A program made the translations under genes and the position numbers. Below, piece after piece: positions 1 through 9,526 of a stretch of DNA of 31,252 nt. Each line of letters opens with the position of its first letter. The stretch's first letter is position 1. The notes below the pieces were generated by a model. The model was not told where the DNA came from. It saw only the letters and a program-made list of their open reading frames with translations, and ran no database searches. Source of the stretch: Conexivisphaerales archaeon (lineage in GTDB: Archaea; Thermoproteota; Nitrososphaeria; Conexivisphaerales; DTJL01); NCBI GenBank assembly GCA_049509455.1, contig JBEKZX010000019.1, positions 1 to 31,252 of the forward strand, written 5' to 3'.

Positions 1-145
1 GCGAAACGGTGTAGGCGGTCCCAATGTTGGGCACCTTTGTCGTGAAAGAATAGTTCGAGACTTCCGCCTGCTGGAGGGTAGCAGAGTTGAAGAAGGTCGT
101 CTTGCCGGTGTTGGTCTTCCCGATGATCCCTATCCTGATGTTCAT
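1..145 (-). CDS. ychF: YchF/Obg-family P-loop NTPase, N-terminal part (runs off the window start)
   Basis: Manual translation from ATG at 145: MNIRIGIIGKTNTGKTTFFNSATLQQAEVSNYSFTTKVPNIGTAYTVS, with G1 Walker A and a YxFTT switch I motif. GAGGAGG lies upstream. Not in the ORF track. Confidence 0.88.
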   Translation of the reverse strand, partial: MNIRIGIIGKTNTGKTTFFNSATLQQAEVSNYSFTTKVPNIGTAYTVS

Positions 146-378
146 CTAGGCATGCCTCCTCCTCTGCCCGGTCTATAAACTTGATAGACTCTTGCGAAGG
201 ATTTGCATGTGAGGTGAAGCTGCCAGTCGACCGGACAGACAAAGCGCTCCATTTCGTCAAGTCCCCGGACACCAGGCACTGCTTCTGGAGACATGTCAAG
301 GCTTTCCTTATGGAGGGGGCCTCCCGAAGGGTTAATAGAACGACGCCTCCGACCGTCAGGAACATCCGTGGTGAGCCG

Positions 379-1386
379 TTGCTCAGAGACCCCGGCGCCG
401 GCAAGATACGTCTGACTCCGCGAGGCATCATAGTCGAGGAATCAGGCCTCCGAATCGCTCTCGACCCCCGGGGCCCCGTCAACGCGGACTATGTCTTCAT
501 CTCACATGCTCACAGCGACCATGTTCCTTCTTCGGTACAAGGTTCCAAGGTCATAACCTCCAAGGAGACCGCGAGGCTCGTGCGGGAGAAGGGACTCAAA
601 GTGGATGACTTCGTAGAGGAGACTTCCCGGCTGAAGCTGGTCGACACAGGCCACATCCTGGGGGCGAGGGGGATCCTCATCGACGGTCGGATTTTTTACA
701 CCGGCGATTTGGCCGGCAGGCCCCGGGGGTTCCTCCCCAAGGGCCGACAGGTGAGCTGCGACGAGCTCATCTTGGAGTCCACCTACGGGCAGCCGGACTA
801 CGTCTTCCCCGCCTTGGCGGAAATCCTCAATTTCGCCAACAGGACCATCTCCACGGCTTTCGCCGGGAACAGGCCGGTCGCTCTTATGGGTTACTCCCTG
901 GGGAAGTCCCAGATACTCTCGTACCTCTTTCAGTCCTGGGATGTCCTCTACGCCTACGGGAGCGTGCAGCAGTACAACCTCGCCTACAGGGAGCTGGGCG
1001 TCGAGATGCCGGAATCGATCTGGCTGAAGACGGCCGAGGACCTTGCTGGCCTGGGTCGGAGACCGGCCATAGTGGTGTGCCCCTCATTCTCTGCCAGAGG
1101 AAACGTACGCGAGGCTCTGAAGAAAATCGACGCCGTCACCATCGGCTTCAGTGGTTGGGCCACCGGCTCGGGCTACGCCTATGCTAGCAAAGTAAGCAGC
1201 GCGCTGCCGCTGAGCGACCACGCCGACTTTAAGGAGCTGGTCTCTTTCGTGGAGGGGGCCAAGCCCACGAAAGTGCACACCGTCCACGGCTTCACCGACG
1301 ACTTCGCCCTCTTCCTCAGGACAAAAGGCTACGACGCCAAGCCCTTGGGGCAGCGACAGCAGCCGCTGACAGAGTTCATGGGCTGA
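379..1386 (+). CDS. beta-CASP family metallo-beta-lactamase-fold nuclease
   Basis: Motifs SHAHSDH, GHILG, YTGD, LESTYG, LSDHADF and VHG. Start placed at TTG 379 behind a GGTGAG Shine-Dalgarno; the ORF track start (181) adds a non-conserved-looking N-terminus. Confidence 0.85.
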   Translation: MLRDPGAGKIRLTPRGIIVEESGLRIALDPRGPVNADYVFISHAHSDHVPSSVQGSKVITSKETARLVREKGLKVDDFVEETSRLKLVDTGHILGARGILIDGRIFYTGDLAGRPRGFLPKGRQVSCDELILESTYGQPDYVFPALAEILNFANRTISTAFAGNRPVALMGYSLGKSQILSYLFQSWDVLYAYGSVQQYNLAYRELGVEMPESIWLKTAEDLAGLGRRPAIVVCPSFSARGNVREALKKIDAVTIGFSGWATGSGYAYASKVSSALPLSDHADFKELVSFVEGAKPTKVHTVHGFTDDFALFLRTKGYDAKPLGQRQQPLTEFMG

Positions 1387-1414
1387 GACGGGTGGCCTCC
1401 CCCCGACTACAACC

Positions 1415-1421
1415 TTTAAAT
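1415..1421 (+). promoter_or_regulatory. TATA box of gap(-pgk)
   Basis: AACC-TTTAAAT about 33 nt before ATG 1453; same AAC(C)TTWAWA core as other promoters in this window. Confidence 0.55.
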
Positions 1422-1452
1422 CCGCTACGCCTCCATGCGGAATCGAAGAACG

Positions 1453-2463
1453 ATGGTCAAGGTCGCGGTGAACGGTTACGGAGTCATCGGCAGGAGGGTG
1501 GCCGACGCCGTCCGGCTGCAGAAGGACATGGAGTTGGTGGGCATCGTCAAGCGCACGCCTGACTACCGTGCTTTTGTTGCGCAGCGGAAAGGGATCCCAA
1601 TCTACGGTCCCGATGCCGCCGGTAGGAAGAAACTCGAGGATGCCGGCCTCAAGGTGGCGGGAGTCATGGATGACCTGCTCCGCCAAGCGGATGTCGTCGT
1701 AGACGCCTCCCCTGAGGGGAAGGGAGAGGAGAACAAGAAGCTCTACGAGAGTGCAGGGGTCAAGGCAATCTTCGAGGGCGGCGAAGAGCACTCGATCTGC
1801 GGGGTTAGCTTCGTAGCCCAATGTGACTTCGAGCAGGCCGTCGGGAAGCAGTTCGTGAGGGTCGTTTCATGCAACACCACCGGCCTCTGCCGTACTTTGA
1901 AGACGCTCGATGATGCTCTCGGCATCGAAGAGGCGCTGGCCACTTTGGTCCGCAGAGCCACGGACCCCGACGACTCGTCGAGGGGACCCATCGACTCCAT
2001 CGTGCCTGACCCGTTGGAGCTTCCTTCCCATCATGCCGAGGACGTCAAGAGCGTCCTCCCCAGCATCAACCTCATTACGCTCGCCGTCAAAGTCCCCGCG
2101 ACCCATATGCACCTCCACGCGCTGGCACTGAAAGTCAGGAAGGGAGGGCCAGAGGCCGCCCTCTCCGCTATCTCCGCTGAGAAGAGGCTCCTCGTAGTCG
2201 AAGGCAAGAAGGGGTTCAGGTCCACCTCCAACGTGATCGACTATGCCCGCGAAATCGGTAGGACCAGGAACGACCTCTACGAGACGGCCATATGGCGGGA
2301 GTCGGTCAAGGAGCAGAACGGGTGGCTCTTCCTGTTCCAAGGCGTGCACCAGGAGGCCATCGTAGTCCCCGAGAACATAGACGCCATCAGGGCGCTTACG
2401 GGGACCGCCACGAAGGAGCTCTCGATGGAGGCCACGAACGAAAGCCTGGGAATAGGGCGTTGA
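1453..2463 (+). CDS. gap: archaeal type II glyceraldehyde-3-phosphate dehydrogenase (phosphorylating)
   Basis: VAVNGYGVIGRRVADAV Rossmann motif, catalytic VVSCNTTGL, SHHAEDV and QEAIVVPENIDAIRA. Confidence 0.96.
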   Translation: MVKVAVNGYGVIGRRVADAVRLQKDMELVGIVKRTPDYRAFVAQRKGIPIYGPDAAGRKKLEDAGLKVAGVMDDLLRQADVVVDASPEGKGEENKKLYESAGVKAIFEGGEEHSICGVSFVAQCDFEQAVGKQFVRVVSCNTTGLCRTLKTLDDALGIEEALATLVRRATDPDDSSRGPIDSIVPDPLELPSHHAEDVKSVLPSINLITLAVKVPATHMHLHALALKVRKGGPEAALSAISAEKRLLVVEGKKGFRSTSNVIDYAREIGRTRNDLYETAIWRESVKEQNGWLFLFQGVHQEAIVVPENIDAIRALTGTATKELSMEATNESLGIGR

Positions 2464-2527
2464 GCCAGGGCATTATGACGACGGAATAGGTTAAAATAAC
2501 CAAGCCTGCAGTATTGATGGGTAACAA

Positions 2528-3790
2528 ATGAGGAACGGCAGCGAGAGCGCTATCGAGAACGACTTTCTAACGCTGGAGGACCTTGCCCCCGAGGGTAAGA
2601 CCATCCTCGTCAGGGCCGACATCAACACGCCCGTGGACCCGAAGACGGGGACCCTCATCGAGAGGATGAGGATCGAGGAGGCGGCGATCACGCTCAGGGA
2701 CCTCTCCAAGTCGAAAGTGGTTCTTTGCTCCCACCAGGGAAGGGTCGGACGTGACGACTACATTCCCCTGAACCAGCACGCCGAGGCCCTCACCCAGACG
2801 CTGGGGAAGAAGGTGGAATTCGTCGACGACATTTACGGCCCATATGCGAGAAAGAGGATCTCCGAGCTTCAAGACGGGGAAATCCTGCTCATTGACAACC
2901 TGAGGTTCTCTGCCGAGGAGGCCAACGAATACCTCCCTGAGGCGGCAGCCAAGACCCAGATCGTCCAGAAGCTCAGCCCTTGCTTCGATTCTTTCGTTCT
3001 GGACGCCTTCCCCACAGCCCACAGGGCCCATCCGTCGGTTGTAGGCTTCCCGCTGCTCCTTCCGACGGCTGGAGGAAGGCTGGTGGTGAAGGAGCTGAAG
3101 GCCGTAAACAGGATTCAGCAGGTAGCCAAGGGGCCTTTTACAGCCGTTCTGGGAGGCTCTAAGGTGAGCGACAGGATAGAAGCGATCGGGGCCCTTATCG
3201 AGAATAAGAGGGCCGACAAAGTCCTCCTCACCGGAGTGGCAGCGCTGGCCTTCCTCAATGGCGCCGGGAAGCTTAGGGCGACGCTGGGGATAGAAAAGGA
3301 GGAAGCGGTCGTGGACAAGGCCGTCAAGCTCATGAAGACCTACCCCGAGGTCTTCGAGCTCCCGGAGGACCTGGCGATCGACAAGGACGGCGAGAGATAC
3401 GAAATACCGGTGGATTCGGTGTCACCGACGGACAAGACTTACGATATAGGCGGAAGGACTATTTCACGATACGAGAAGATCATTAGGAGCAGCGGCACGG
3501 TCTTCATGAGCGGCCCCGCTGGAGCGTTCGAACGCGAGGGCTTCGGGGTGGGGACCGAAGAGTTGCTCAGGATTATGGCGACGTCATACGGGACCACCAT
3601 AGTGAGCGGCGGCCATCTTAGCACGGCCCTGAAGGTGTACAACATCCATTCCTGGATCGACCACGTGAGCTCGGCGGGAGGAGCCTTGATCCTGTATCTT
3701 GCAGGGAGGAAGCTTCCACTGATCGAATCTTTGAGTTATTCAGCCAAGAGGTATAGGGCAGGCGGCTATGGCATGCCGGCTAAGAACTGA
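2528..3790 (+). CDS. pgk: phosphoglycerate kinase
   Basis: RADINTP, SHQGR, LGGSKVSD and HVSSAGGA motifs; directly after gap. Confidence 0.96.
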   Translation: MRNGSESAIENDFLTLEDLAPEGKTILVRADINTPVDPKTGTLIERMRIEEAAITLRDLSKSKVVLCSHQGRVGRDDYIPLNQHAEALTQTLGKKVEFVDDIYGPYARKRISELQDGEILLIDNLRFSAEEANEYLPEAAAKTQIVQKLSPCFDSFVLDAFPTAHRAHPSVVGFPLLLPTAGGRLVVKELKAVNRIQQVAKGPFTAVLGGSKVSDRIEAIGALIENKRADKVLLTGVAALAFLNGAGKLRATLGIEKEEAVVDKAVKLMKTYPEVFELPEDLAIDKDGERYEIPVDSVSPTDKTYDIGGRTISRYEKIIRSSGTVFMSGPAGAFEREGFGVGTEELLRIMATSYGTTIVSGGHLSTALKVYNIHSWIDHVSSAGGALILYLAGRKLPLIESLSYSAKRYRAGGYGMPAKN

Positions 3791-3844
3791 AAGACGGCAT
3801 CGCAACATCTACCGTTTCCATGCCGCAGGCGACTAGAGCGGATG

Positions 3845-4135
3845 CTAGGCGACTCGCTGAAACCGTATGGTCAGGACGACTTGCTTCATCGGTCTTCTGA
3901 GGCCCTCCCTGAGCTTGACGACGGCGCTCCACCCAAGAACCAAGTAGGCACACTCGGTCGACACCTGACCGGAGACCACATAGCCGTGTTCCGCCGCCGC
4001 ATGGTGGACCTTCAAGCCGGGACGGAAATGTGGAAGGAACGCAGCGAAATCCTTTGTCGTGGTGCCCACCCCCGTTCTCACATTGAAGGAGCCCACCTCC
4101 TTTGAACCCCGTGCCGCAATCATGGAGTCAGCCAC
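3845..4135 (-). CDS. hypothetical protein (about 92-96 aa)
   Basis: Open frame between convergent pgk and a TATA-like CTTAAAA (minus strand, about 4172-4179). The in-register + strand ORF reads like an antisense shadow. No motif recognised. Confidence 0.45.
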   Translation of the reverse strand: MADSMIAARGSKEVGSFNVRTGVGTTTKDFAAFLPHFRPGLKVHHAAAEHGYVVSGQVSTECAYLVLGWSAVVKLREGLRRPMKQVVLTIRFQRVA

Positions 4136-4439
4136 GCCCTCGACGCAAGCATCATGAAAGGCGGCACAACGATTTTAAGCGTTGAGAAGTCCGTCCAGGA
4201 CATTGACCCGTAGGAGAAGAGCTTGATCAAGGTCTTCGAGGGGGGTCATCGAACACCGGCTAGGCGCCAGCCGAGGCAGCTCGACTTCACGCGTATCACA
4301 ATAAGCGAGCTCGCAATGTTAACGCCATGAGGTCGGACTTGACATGATGTTAGCTGAAACGCAGTATATTGCAGCATTTTTTGTGAGTATCAAACGCTAA
4401 TAACGCCGAGATGACGCAATCACTAAAAGGTGTCCTCCA

Positions 4440-4787
4440 TTGGCTTCCAAAATCAAAGACACTTCTATAATAGACGCCGTGCTCAAGATGGACAAGCGGA
4501 TAAGGTACGCCTCCATCCTGTCCGACGACCTCAAGGAAGTCGCCCAGAAGATGCAGCCAGGAACCACACCATACTCGCCGCCATTTATCGATGAGGTCGT
4601 CGTTCCCATCATCGCTGGGATGTTCAAGCGTCTGACCGAGTATGCCGGCGAGTTCGAGCTCTGCCGTATCAACTACAAGAAAGTCCGGCTGATGGTGCAC
4701 AAGCTCCGCGACGGCTATCTGGTGGTCTCCGCTGAGCCCTCGCTGGACCTGGACCCTATCTGCAATAGGATATCTCTTCTGGTTTGA
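4440..4787 (+). CDS. Roadblock/profilin-like small alpha/beta protein (resembles thaumarchaeal DUF6659-type proteins)
   Basis: Helix (IIDAVLKMDKRIRYASIL), beta hairpin, helix, then beta strands (RINYKKVRLMVHKLRDGYLVVSAE) and a C-terminal helix. Fold judged by eye. Confidence 0.6.
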   Translation: MASKIKDTSIIDAVLKMDKRIRYASILSDDLKEVAQKMQPGTTPYSPPFIDEVVVPIIAGMFKRLTEYAGEFELCRINYKKVRLMVHKLRDGYLVVSAEPSLDLDPICNRISLLV

Positions 4788-4877
4788 GCCGCATATACGA
4801 AGCGTCTTCCCACCCTTCTGAGCTCAAGTCCAGCAAGTCAGAAAAGAATATTAGCTTTTGAACCTTCAGCGGAGATC

Positions 4878-5306
4878 GTGGGAGAACCTATCACGGTCGA
4901 TGTCCGATGGGTCGAAGGGTACACGTTCATCGCCAGCAACCAGGATGGCTACTCTGTAATAATGGACGCCCCAGTCGCCGAAGGGGACGTGCCTCGCAGC
5001 ATCTCGCCAGCGCAGATGCTCCTCTGCGCACTCGGCGCGTGCACCGGAATCGACGTCGTTTCGATACTTAAGAAGATGCGGCAGGAAGTGGCCGGCCTTA
5101 GGGTGGAAGTCACTGGAGACCGGACGCCGCGCTACCCAAAATACTTCAAAGAGATTCACGTCAAATACATCGTCAAGGGCAAGGGGATCGACGAAGCCGC
5201 GCTGGAGAAGGCCATCTCTCTTTCGCATGAGAAGTACTGCACGGTGTCGCTGACTGTCGATGGCAAGGCGAAGATGAGCTCTTCCTACGAAATAGTCGAT
5301 TCCTAG
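4878..5306 (+). CDS. OsmC/YhfA family protein
   Basis: SPAQMLLCALGACTGIDVVSILKKMRQ and SHEKYCTVS carry the two conserved Cys. Confidence 0.9.
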   Translation: MGEPITVDVRWVEGYTFIASNQDGYSVIMDAPVAEGDVPRSISPAQMLLCALGACTGIDVVSILKKMRQEVAGLRVEVTGDRTPRYPKYFKEIHVKYIVKGKGIDEAALEKAISLSHEKYCTVSLTVDGKAKMSSSYEIVDS

Positions 5307-5395
5307 TCGGTGGACGAAAGGCAAACGAATTTGAACCGCAGGTCAAGGTTCCTTATCTGACCTGATTAAGCGCGGGAAGCTCCATCGATGGCTAG

Positions 5396-5722
5396 ATGCA
5401 CAGACTAGCGAAGAGTTTCAACGAAGAGGCAAAGTGCGCGAACGACAGGGCCTGCTTCATGAAGGAGGTCAAGTCGGGGTCCCAGCTGGGCTACACGAAA
5501 GAGGCGTTCAAGACCCTCAAGGAAAGGCCCAAGGTGGGCAAGAAGCTAGTTAGGATAGGAACCGCGCTGGTGCTCTCGCCGGACCCCTTCTGCGACCTGC
5601 CAGGTGGGCTCATCGTCGTCACCGGGCTCGCCATGGCGAAATTCCGAGAGCCGTCGGCCATATCCGACGTGAAGCCCGCCATAAAGAGGATGCTCGGGGA
5701 TCTGCAGTCGGGGGCCCTCTGA
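5396..5722 (+). CDS. hypothetical protein with hydrophobic helical hairpin
   Basis: IGTALVLSPDPFCDLPGGLIVVTGLAM hairpin; coding-like codon bias; ATTAAG about 26 nt upstream. Confidence 0.65.
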   Translation: MHRLAKSFNEEAKCANDRACFMKEVKSGSQLGYTKEAFKTLKERPKVGKKLVRIGTALVLSPDPFCDLPGGLIVVTGLAMAKFREPSAISDVKPAIKRMLGDLQSGAL

Positions 5723-5767
5723 TACCCTCCGACATGTTTTTCTCCTTGATGGTCTCGACTATATCTC

Positions 5768-6430
5768 ATGCTCCAGTTAGGCGCCGTAACCGTCAGCTAC
5801 CTCGAGCACGACTGCTTCAGGATCGAAGCCGGGGGGAAGGTGCTCTACACCGACCCTTTCAAGATAAGAGACCAGAGGAGGAGGGCCGATTACGTCACCG
5901 TCTCCCACGATCATTACGACCACCTGAACGGGGAGAGCCTCGACAGGGTGCTCAAGCCTTCAACGGTTATAGTAGCATCTGAGAGCTGTAGAGGGAAGCT
6001 GGACGGCAAGGCCAAAGTCGTTAGATATCTAAAGCCTGGCGAGACTTACCGGGACGAGGGGCTGTCGATCACGGCCGTGCCGGCCTACAACACCAACAAG
6101 TTCAGGTCACCTGGGCAGGCCTTCCATCCGAGGAATTACAACGGTACGGGTTTCATCATAGAGTTGAGCGGAGCCCGTCTCTACCATGCAGGGGACACCG
6201 ACCTCATAAAGGAGATGGAGGGGTTAGGCAAGATCGACTTGGCCTTCCTCCCTGTGAGCGGAACCTATGTGATGACCGCGGAGGAGGCGGTGGAAGCTGC
6301 AAAGAAGATCTCGCCGGCGGTCGCTGTGCCCATGCACTGGGGCGCCATCGTAGGAAGCAGGGGTGACGCGGAGAAGTTTGTGGCAGGAGTCTCGGCGTTC
6401 GGAAGGGCCCAGCTTTTGGATAAGGAGTAA
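5768..6430 (+). CDS. MBL-fold metallo-hydrolase (UlaG/UPF0173-like)
   Basis: HDCFRI, TDPF, VSHDHYDH, YHAGDT, LPVSGTYVM and VPMHWG motifs. Confidence 0.9.
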   Translation: MLQLGAVTVSYLEHDCFRIEAGGKVLYTDPFKIRDQRRRADYVTVSHDHYDHLNGESLDRVLKPSTVIVASESCRGKLDGKAKVVRYLKPGETYRDEGLSITAVPAYNTNKFRSPGQAFHPRNYNGTGFIIELSGARLYHAGDTDLIKEMEGLGKIDLAFLPVSGTYVMTAEEAVEAAKKISPAVAVPMHWGAIVGSRGDAEKFVAGVSAFGRAQLLDKE

Positions 6431-6461
6431 TGCTTGGGAACCGCCCAATCCCGGGCGGATC

Positions 6462-6995
6462 TCACTTCTTCCCAGACGAAAGGGCCACCGTGCCCTTTCT
6501 TTTAGCCTTCTTTGCCGGAAAGGCGGAAAGGAGTTTCTCATAGGTTTCCTCCAGGTACTCAGGGATTACCTTGGCCTCCCCTAAGATGGGCATGAAATTG
6601 GTGTCTCCATCCCAACGCGGCACTATGTGCATGTGAAGGTGTTCGAAGCCGGCGCCCGAGGCGCGGCCTATATTGGCCCCTATGTTGAAGCCAGAAGGTC
6701 TCACGGTCTTCCGGAGGATCGACATCGAATCGCCAATGAGGTTCCAGAGTTCCAGTCGCTCGTTCACCTTCAAGTCTCCGGGGTCGAGGACGTGCCGGAA
6801 GGGGGCCACCATCAGGTGGCCGTTATTGTAGGGGTAGCGGTTCATCATGACGAAGGCATGGTGCCCGCGGCTGAGTATGAGGGATTTCTTGTCTTCCCCT
6901 GCGAGCGGCAGAGAGCAGAACACGCAGTCCTTGGAACCGCTCCCAATGAACTTCATCCTCCATGGCGCCCAGAGCCTGTCCATCGCATCTCTCAT
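6462..6995 (-). CDS. HIT family hydrolase (Ap4A/FHIT-like)
   Basis: LWAPWR, CVFC, NRYPYNNGHLMV and HLHMHIVPRW histidine triad. True start probably MDRLW (6983). Confidence 0.93.
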   Translation of the reverse strand: MRDAMDRLWAPWRMKFIGSGSKDCVFCSLPLAGEDKKSLILSRGHHAFVMMNRYPYNNGHLMVAPFRHVLDPGDLKVNERLELWNLIGDSMSILRKTVRPSGFNIGANIGRASGAGFEHLHMHIVPRWDGDTNFMPILGEAKVIPEYLEETYEKLLSAFPAKKAKRKGTVALSSGKK

Positions 6996-7064
6996 GTACT
7001 CCAGACGGGTAGAAAAGGATGACAGCCGAGAACGTCCAATGAATCTGACGCATGGCCTCAGCCA

Positions 7065-7727
7065 CTAGGAGAACTCGAGGCCCCGCTTCCTAGCTATGAT
7101 GAGAGCCGAGAGCGCGTCCCTCCTGCCATGGCGGTGGATGGGTGCCCGCATGGCCTTTGTCGTTCCCCGCTCGTCAACCAGCTCTATGCGGTACGTGCCA
7201 GCGCAACGGCGCCGGATTTCATTCGCCAAGTAAAGGGCCTTGGACCTGTCCCCCCTGCCGATCCTGAGAAGCTTGTCGGCGGACTCTACCTCTAGGACGC
7301 CGCAGACCAAGTCAACCGTCCTGTCTAAGGAATCGCAGGTCGTCGCGAACAGGTTGTATCCACGGTAGAGGCAGGCTATCCCAGTGTTGTCTCCCGGGTC
7401 GATGCCCACGACGAGCGTGTCCCGCCGCGACTTCAGCAAGCGGGCCATCACCATCGAGGAGTCCAAGACGCGGTTTCCCGTCATCTCCTCATGGAGGAGG
7501 CGATCGCCTCGGTATCCCTCCTTGAGCTCTTGAGAAGTGGTGAGGAGGAGGAGCGTCTCTTTTTCCACGATCTCCCAGGGAAGCCGCGAGAAGAAACGCA
7601 GCTCCAGGCCGTCGAGGAGCTGCACGAAATCAAAATACGCCCTGCCGTTGACGGTGGCGACCACGACCTGAGGCTCTATCTTTCCAAACCCCCGCCTGAA
7701 GGAGCCGCCTGGCGCTATGGCTCTCAT
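7065..7727 (-). CDS. YqgF/RuvX-like RNase H-fold protein with extra N-terminal domain
   Basis: VVGIDPGDNTGIA, LVDERGTT and RDALSALIIAR acidic motifs typical of YqgF/RNase H-like nucleases. Confidence 0.7.
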   Translation of the reverse strand: MRAIAPGGSFRRGFGKIEPQVVVATVNGRAYFDFVQLLDGLELRFFSRLPWEIVEKETLLLLTTSQELKEGYRGDRLLHEEMTGNRVLDSSMVMARLLKSRRDTLVVGIDPGDNTGIACLYRGYNLFATTCDSLDRTVDLVCGVLEVESADKLLRIGRGDRSKALYLANEIRRRCAGTYRIELVDERGTTKAMRAPIHRHGRRDALSALIIARKRGLEFS

Positions 7728-7744
7728 TTAGCCCTTACTCGAGG

Positions 7745-7921
7745 CTACTTGCTCTTCGCTTCGCCTTTGGTCTCATCCATGTATTGAACCTCGAACTCAA
7801 AGGCCTCCGTCTGATTGGCAAGGTTGGAAAGCAGCTCACCGATCATGTTGCCGAGATAGATATTGTCCACCCAGCTTGCCTTGGGTTTGAATGTCACGAC
7901 GTACTTGTAGGTGTCGCTCAA
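7745..7921 (-). CDS. small hypothetical protein, 58 aa (not in ORF track)
   Basis: TTG 7921 to TAG 7745: MSDTYKYVVTFKPKASWVDNIYLGNMIGELLSNLANQTEAFEFEVQYMDETKGEAKSK. It fills the gap between two co-oriented genes and shows the host GC3 bias. Confidence 0.65.
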   Translation of the reverse strand: MSDTYKYVVTFKPKASWVDNIYLGNMIGELLSNLANQTEAFEFEVQYMDETKGEAKSK

Positions 7922-7969
7922 GACGCCAAACCATGGTGAAGCCGAGTTGAAAAGTGTTCCTTGCGGCTC

Positions 7970-8242
7970 TCATTTCTTGGATGGTTTGTAGTATGTGGGA
8001 GGCCCCACGGCTGCGCAGTGGACGACCCCCTTGACGCGCCTGAGAAAGGAGGGACAGGTGAAGCAGACGAGGAAGGTGACCTCGTCGTTCACTACGGGAC
8101 ATCTCACGGCTTCCTTCTTCATCCGAGACACCATCTTGCCGCTGACCGCGCCCTTCAGCTGCGCCGTAACCTCCTTGGGCACCTTCGCGGGCGCCCCGAC
8201 GGTGTAGATGGGGACCTCGAACTTTGTGGGCGGAACGGACAA
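7970..8242 (-). CDS. small Cys-rich, probably metal-binding hypothetical protein
   Basis: C-x11-CxxC-x12-C (CPVVNDEVTFLVCFTCPSFLRRVKGVVHC); GATATATC TATA-like site about 30 nt upstream. Confidence 0.75.
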   Translation of the reverse strand: MSVPPTKFEVPIYTVGAPAKVPKEVTAQLKGAVSGKMVSRMKKEAVRCPVVNDEVTFLVCFTCPSFLRRVKGVVHCAAVGPPTYYKPSKK

Positions 8243-8458
8243 GGGTTATCCCACTGGGCAACGGGGAAGGGGGATATATCGCGTTCGGTCCTAGTTGCTT
8301 CATGCGGATCAGGCCGCGGCTCGCTCCTATGGGACCAACCTCGTTGGGATTCTTCAGTTAATCGTTAAAGGAGGCCGCGACTCGTTCGAAGGCGGATGCT
8401 GACTCCGTCAGTCCGAATACGGGTGTCCCCTTCCATCCTCGGATAATTACTGGTCAGT

Positions 8459-8911
8459 GTGGGGCTCATTCTCGCCGTGCTCCTCCCCTCCACCCTGATT
8501 GGCGCCCCTGGACCCTTTGGCTACGCATTGTCGGACTACCAGATACTACGCTTCGCCCCTGTCGTGCCACTGCTGAGCATTGCCCTCGGCGCGGCGACGG
8601 TTTGGTCCGTCAACAACATGTCCAAGCTCAGGGACGCCTGTGTCCTCCTCTCTTCCGGCTTCGTCCTGACCCTGACGCTGTTTTGGGTTCCAGCAGTCCA
8701 GGCCGGCTCCTACGTGCATGGGCTGGGCTTCCCACTTAGCTGGATCCTCCTGTTGGCCCTCCCTCTAAGGCCCGTCGAAGTCTTAGGGACGTCGGTCGTC
8801 GCCTTCCTTGTGGACCGGGTCCTCTGGACGCTATTCATCGACAGCGTGGTCTACGTCTTGGAGAGAAGGAGGCTTCGGCGCATCTCCGACGAAGGCGGAC
8901 GCGCTCATTAG
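8459..8911 (+). CDS. hypothetical multi-pass membrane protein
   Basis: Four to five hydrophobic segments, GLGFPLSW motif, basic C-terminal tail (RRRLRR). Confidence 0.65.
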   Translation: MGLILAVLLPSTLIGAPGPFGYALSDYQILRFAPVVPLLSIALGAATVWSVNNMSKLRDACVLLSSGFVLTLTLFWVPAVQAGSYVHGLGFPLSWILLLALPLRPVEVLGTSVVAFLVDRVLWTLFIDSVVYVLERRRLRRISDEGGRAH

Positions 8912-9212
8912 TTCCTCGTCGCTCTCTCCTCAACTCGATGGTCGTTTTCCCAAGGCCACGCTCCAAGTCCTGAATGGCCTAAGTGCGTTGACTGCCTCGA
9001 TCTTGCCGGGCTTGTACCGTTGGCGCGTAACCTTGTTATCTACTAAAGCGACAAGTCTCATGGTCTCTCTTTGATGTTCAACAGCGCCTATGCCCATCTC
9101 TCCGTCTTCTGCTCTTCTCAACAGCCCGGCCGTTAGACCTAAAGGCAGAGGTCGAAGTTAATGAAGTACGATGGAATTCGATGAGACGGATACCACCAAC
9201 ACCCGAGCAAGT

Positions 9213-9526
9213 GAGGCGCAGATACTAAAGAGGCTCAGCTTCTTGGTACTGTCATCTCGAAGATGGTCGGCCTCCCGGAGAGCATCCTCAGCTCATACAT
9301 CAAAGGTGTTCCATGGATCAGGAAGTTCCCCAACTTACCAGACCTGACTGGAGCGTCTTCAAACAGCGAGGAAGGAGAGAAGAAGGCCTCTTCGGCTAAC
9401 GGCAAGAAACCCATTGAGGCATATCGATTGCCTTGCGGCGATAGGCGGGAGCTACACCATATCAGAAAAGGAGTTGGCTTGCTCCTGGAAGGGTATCATC
9501 CTATCCGTTACAACCTGTTTGATTGA
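9213..9526 (+). pseudogene. degenerate coding fragment of unknown origin
   Basis: The frame GADTKEAQLLGTVISKMVGLPESILSSYIKGVPWIRKFPNL has strong coding-type GC3 but is preceded by in-frame stops. The surrounding DNA looks less GC-rich than the flanks. Confidence 0.3.

Noticed and set aside
7922-7972. In-frame TGA between the Cys-rich gene and the 58-aa ORF (possible Sec or readthrough)
   Set aside because: Sixteen non-conserved-looking codons intervene, the TGA is not at a Cys-like position, and no SECIS evidence; a shared frame has a 1-in-3 chance.
8423-8458. Upstream in-frame GTG with a TAA (MSPSILG*LLVSV) before the membrane protein
   Set aside because: Could be a nonsense mutation, but a normal GTG start at 8459 explains the gene and no homolog is available to test it.
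8900-8975. ERGLGKTT, a Walker-A-like string on the minus strand
   Set aside because: Preceded by a stop, lacks the hydrophobic strand and any downstream ATPase motifs; likely chance.
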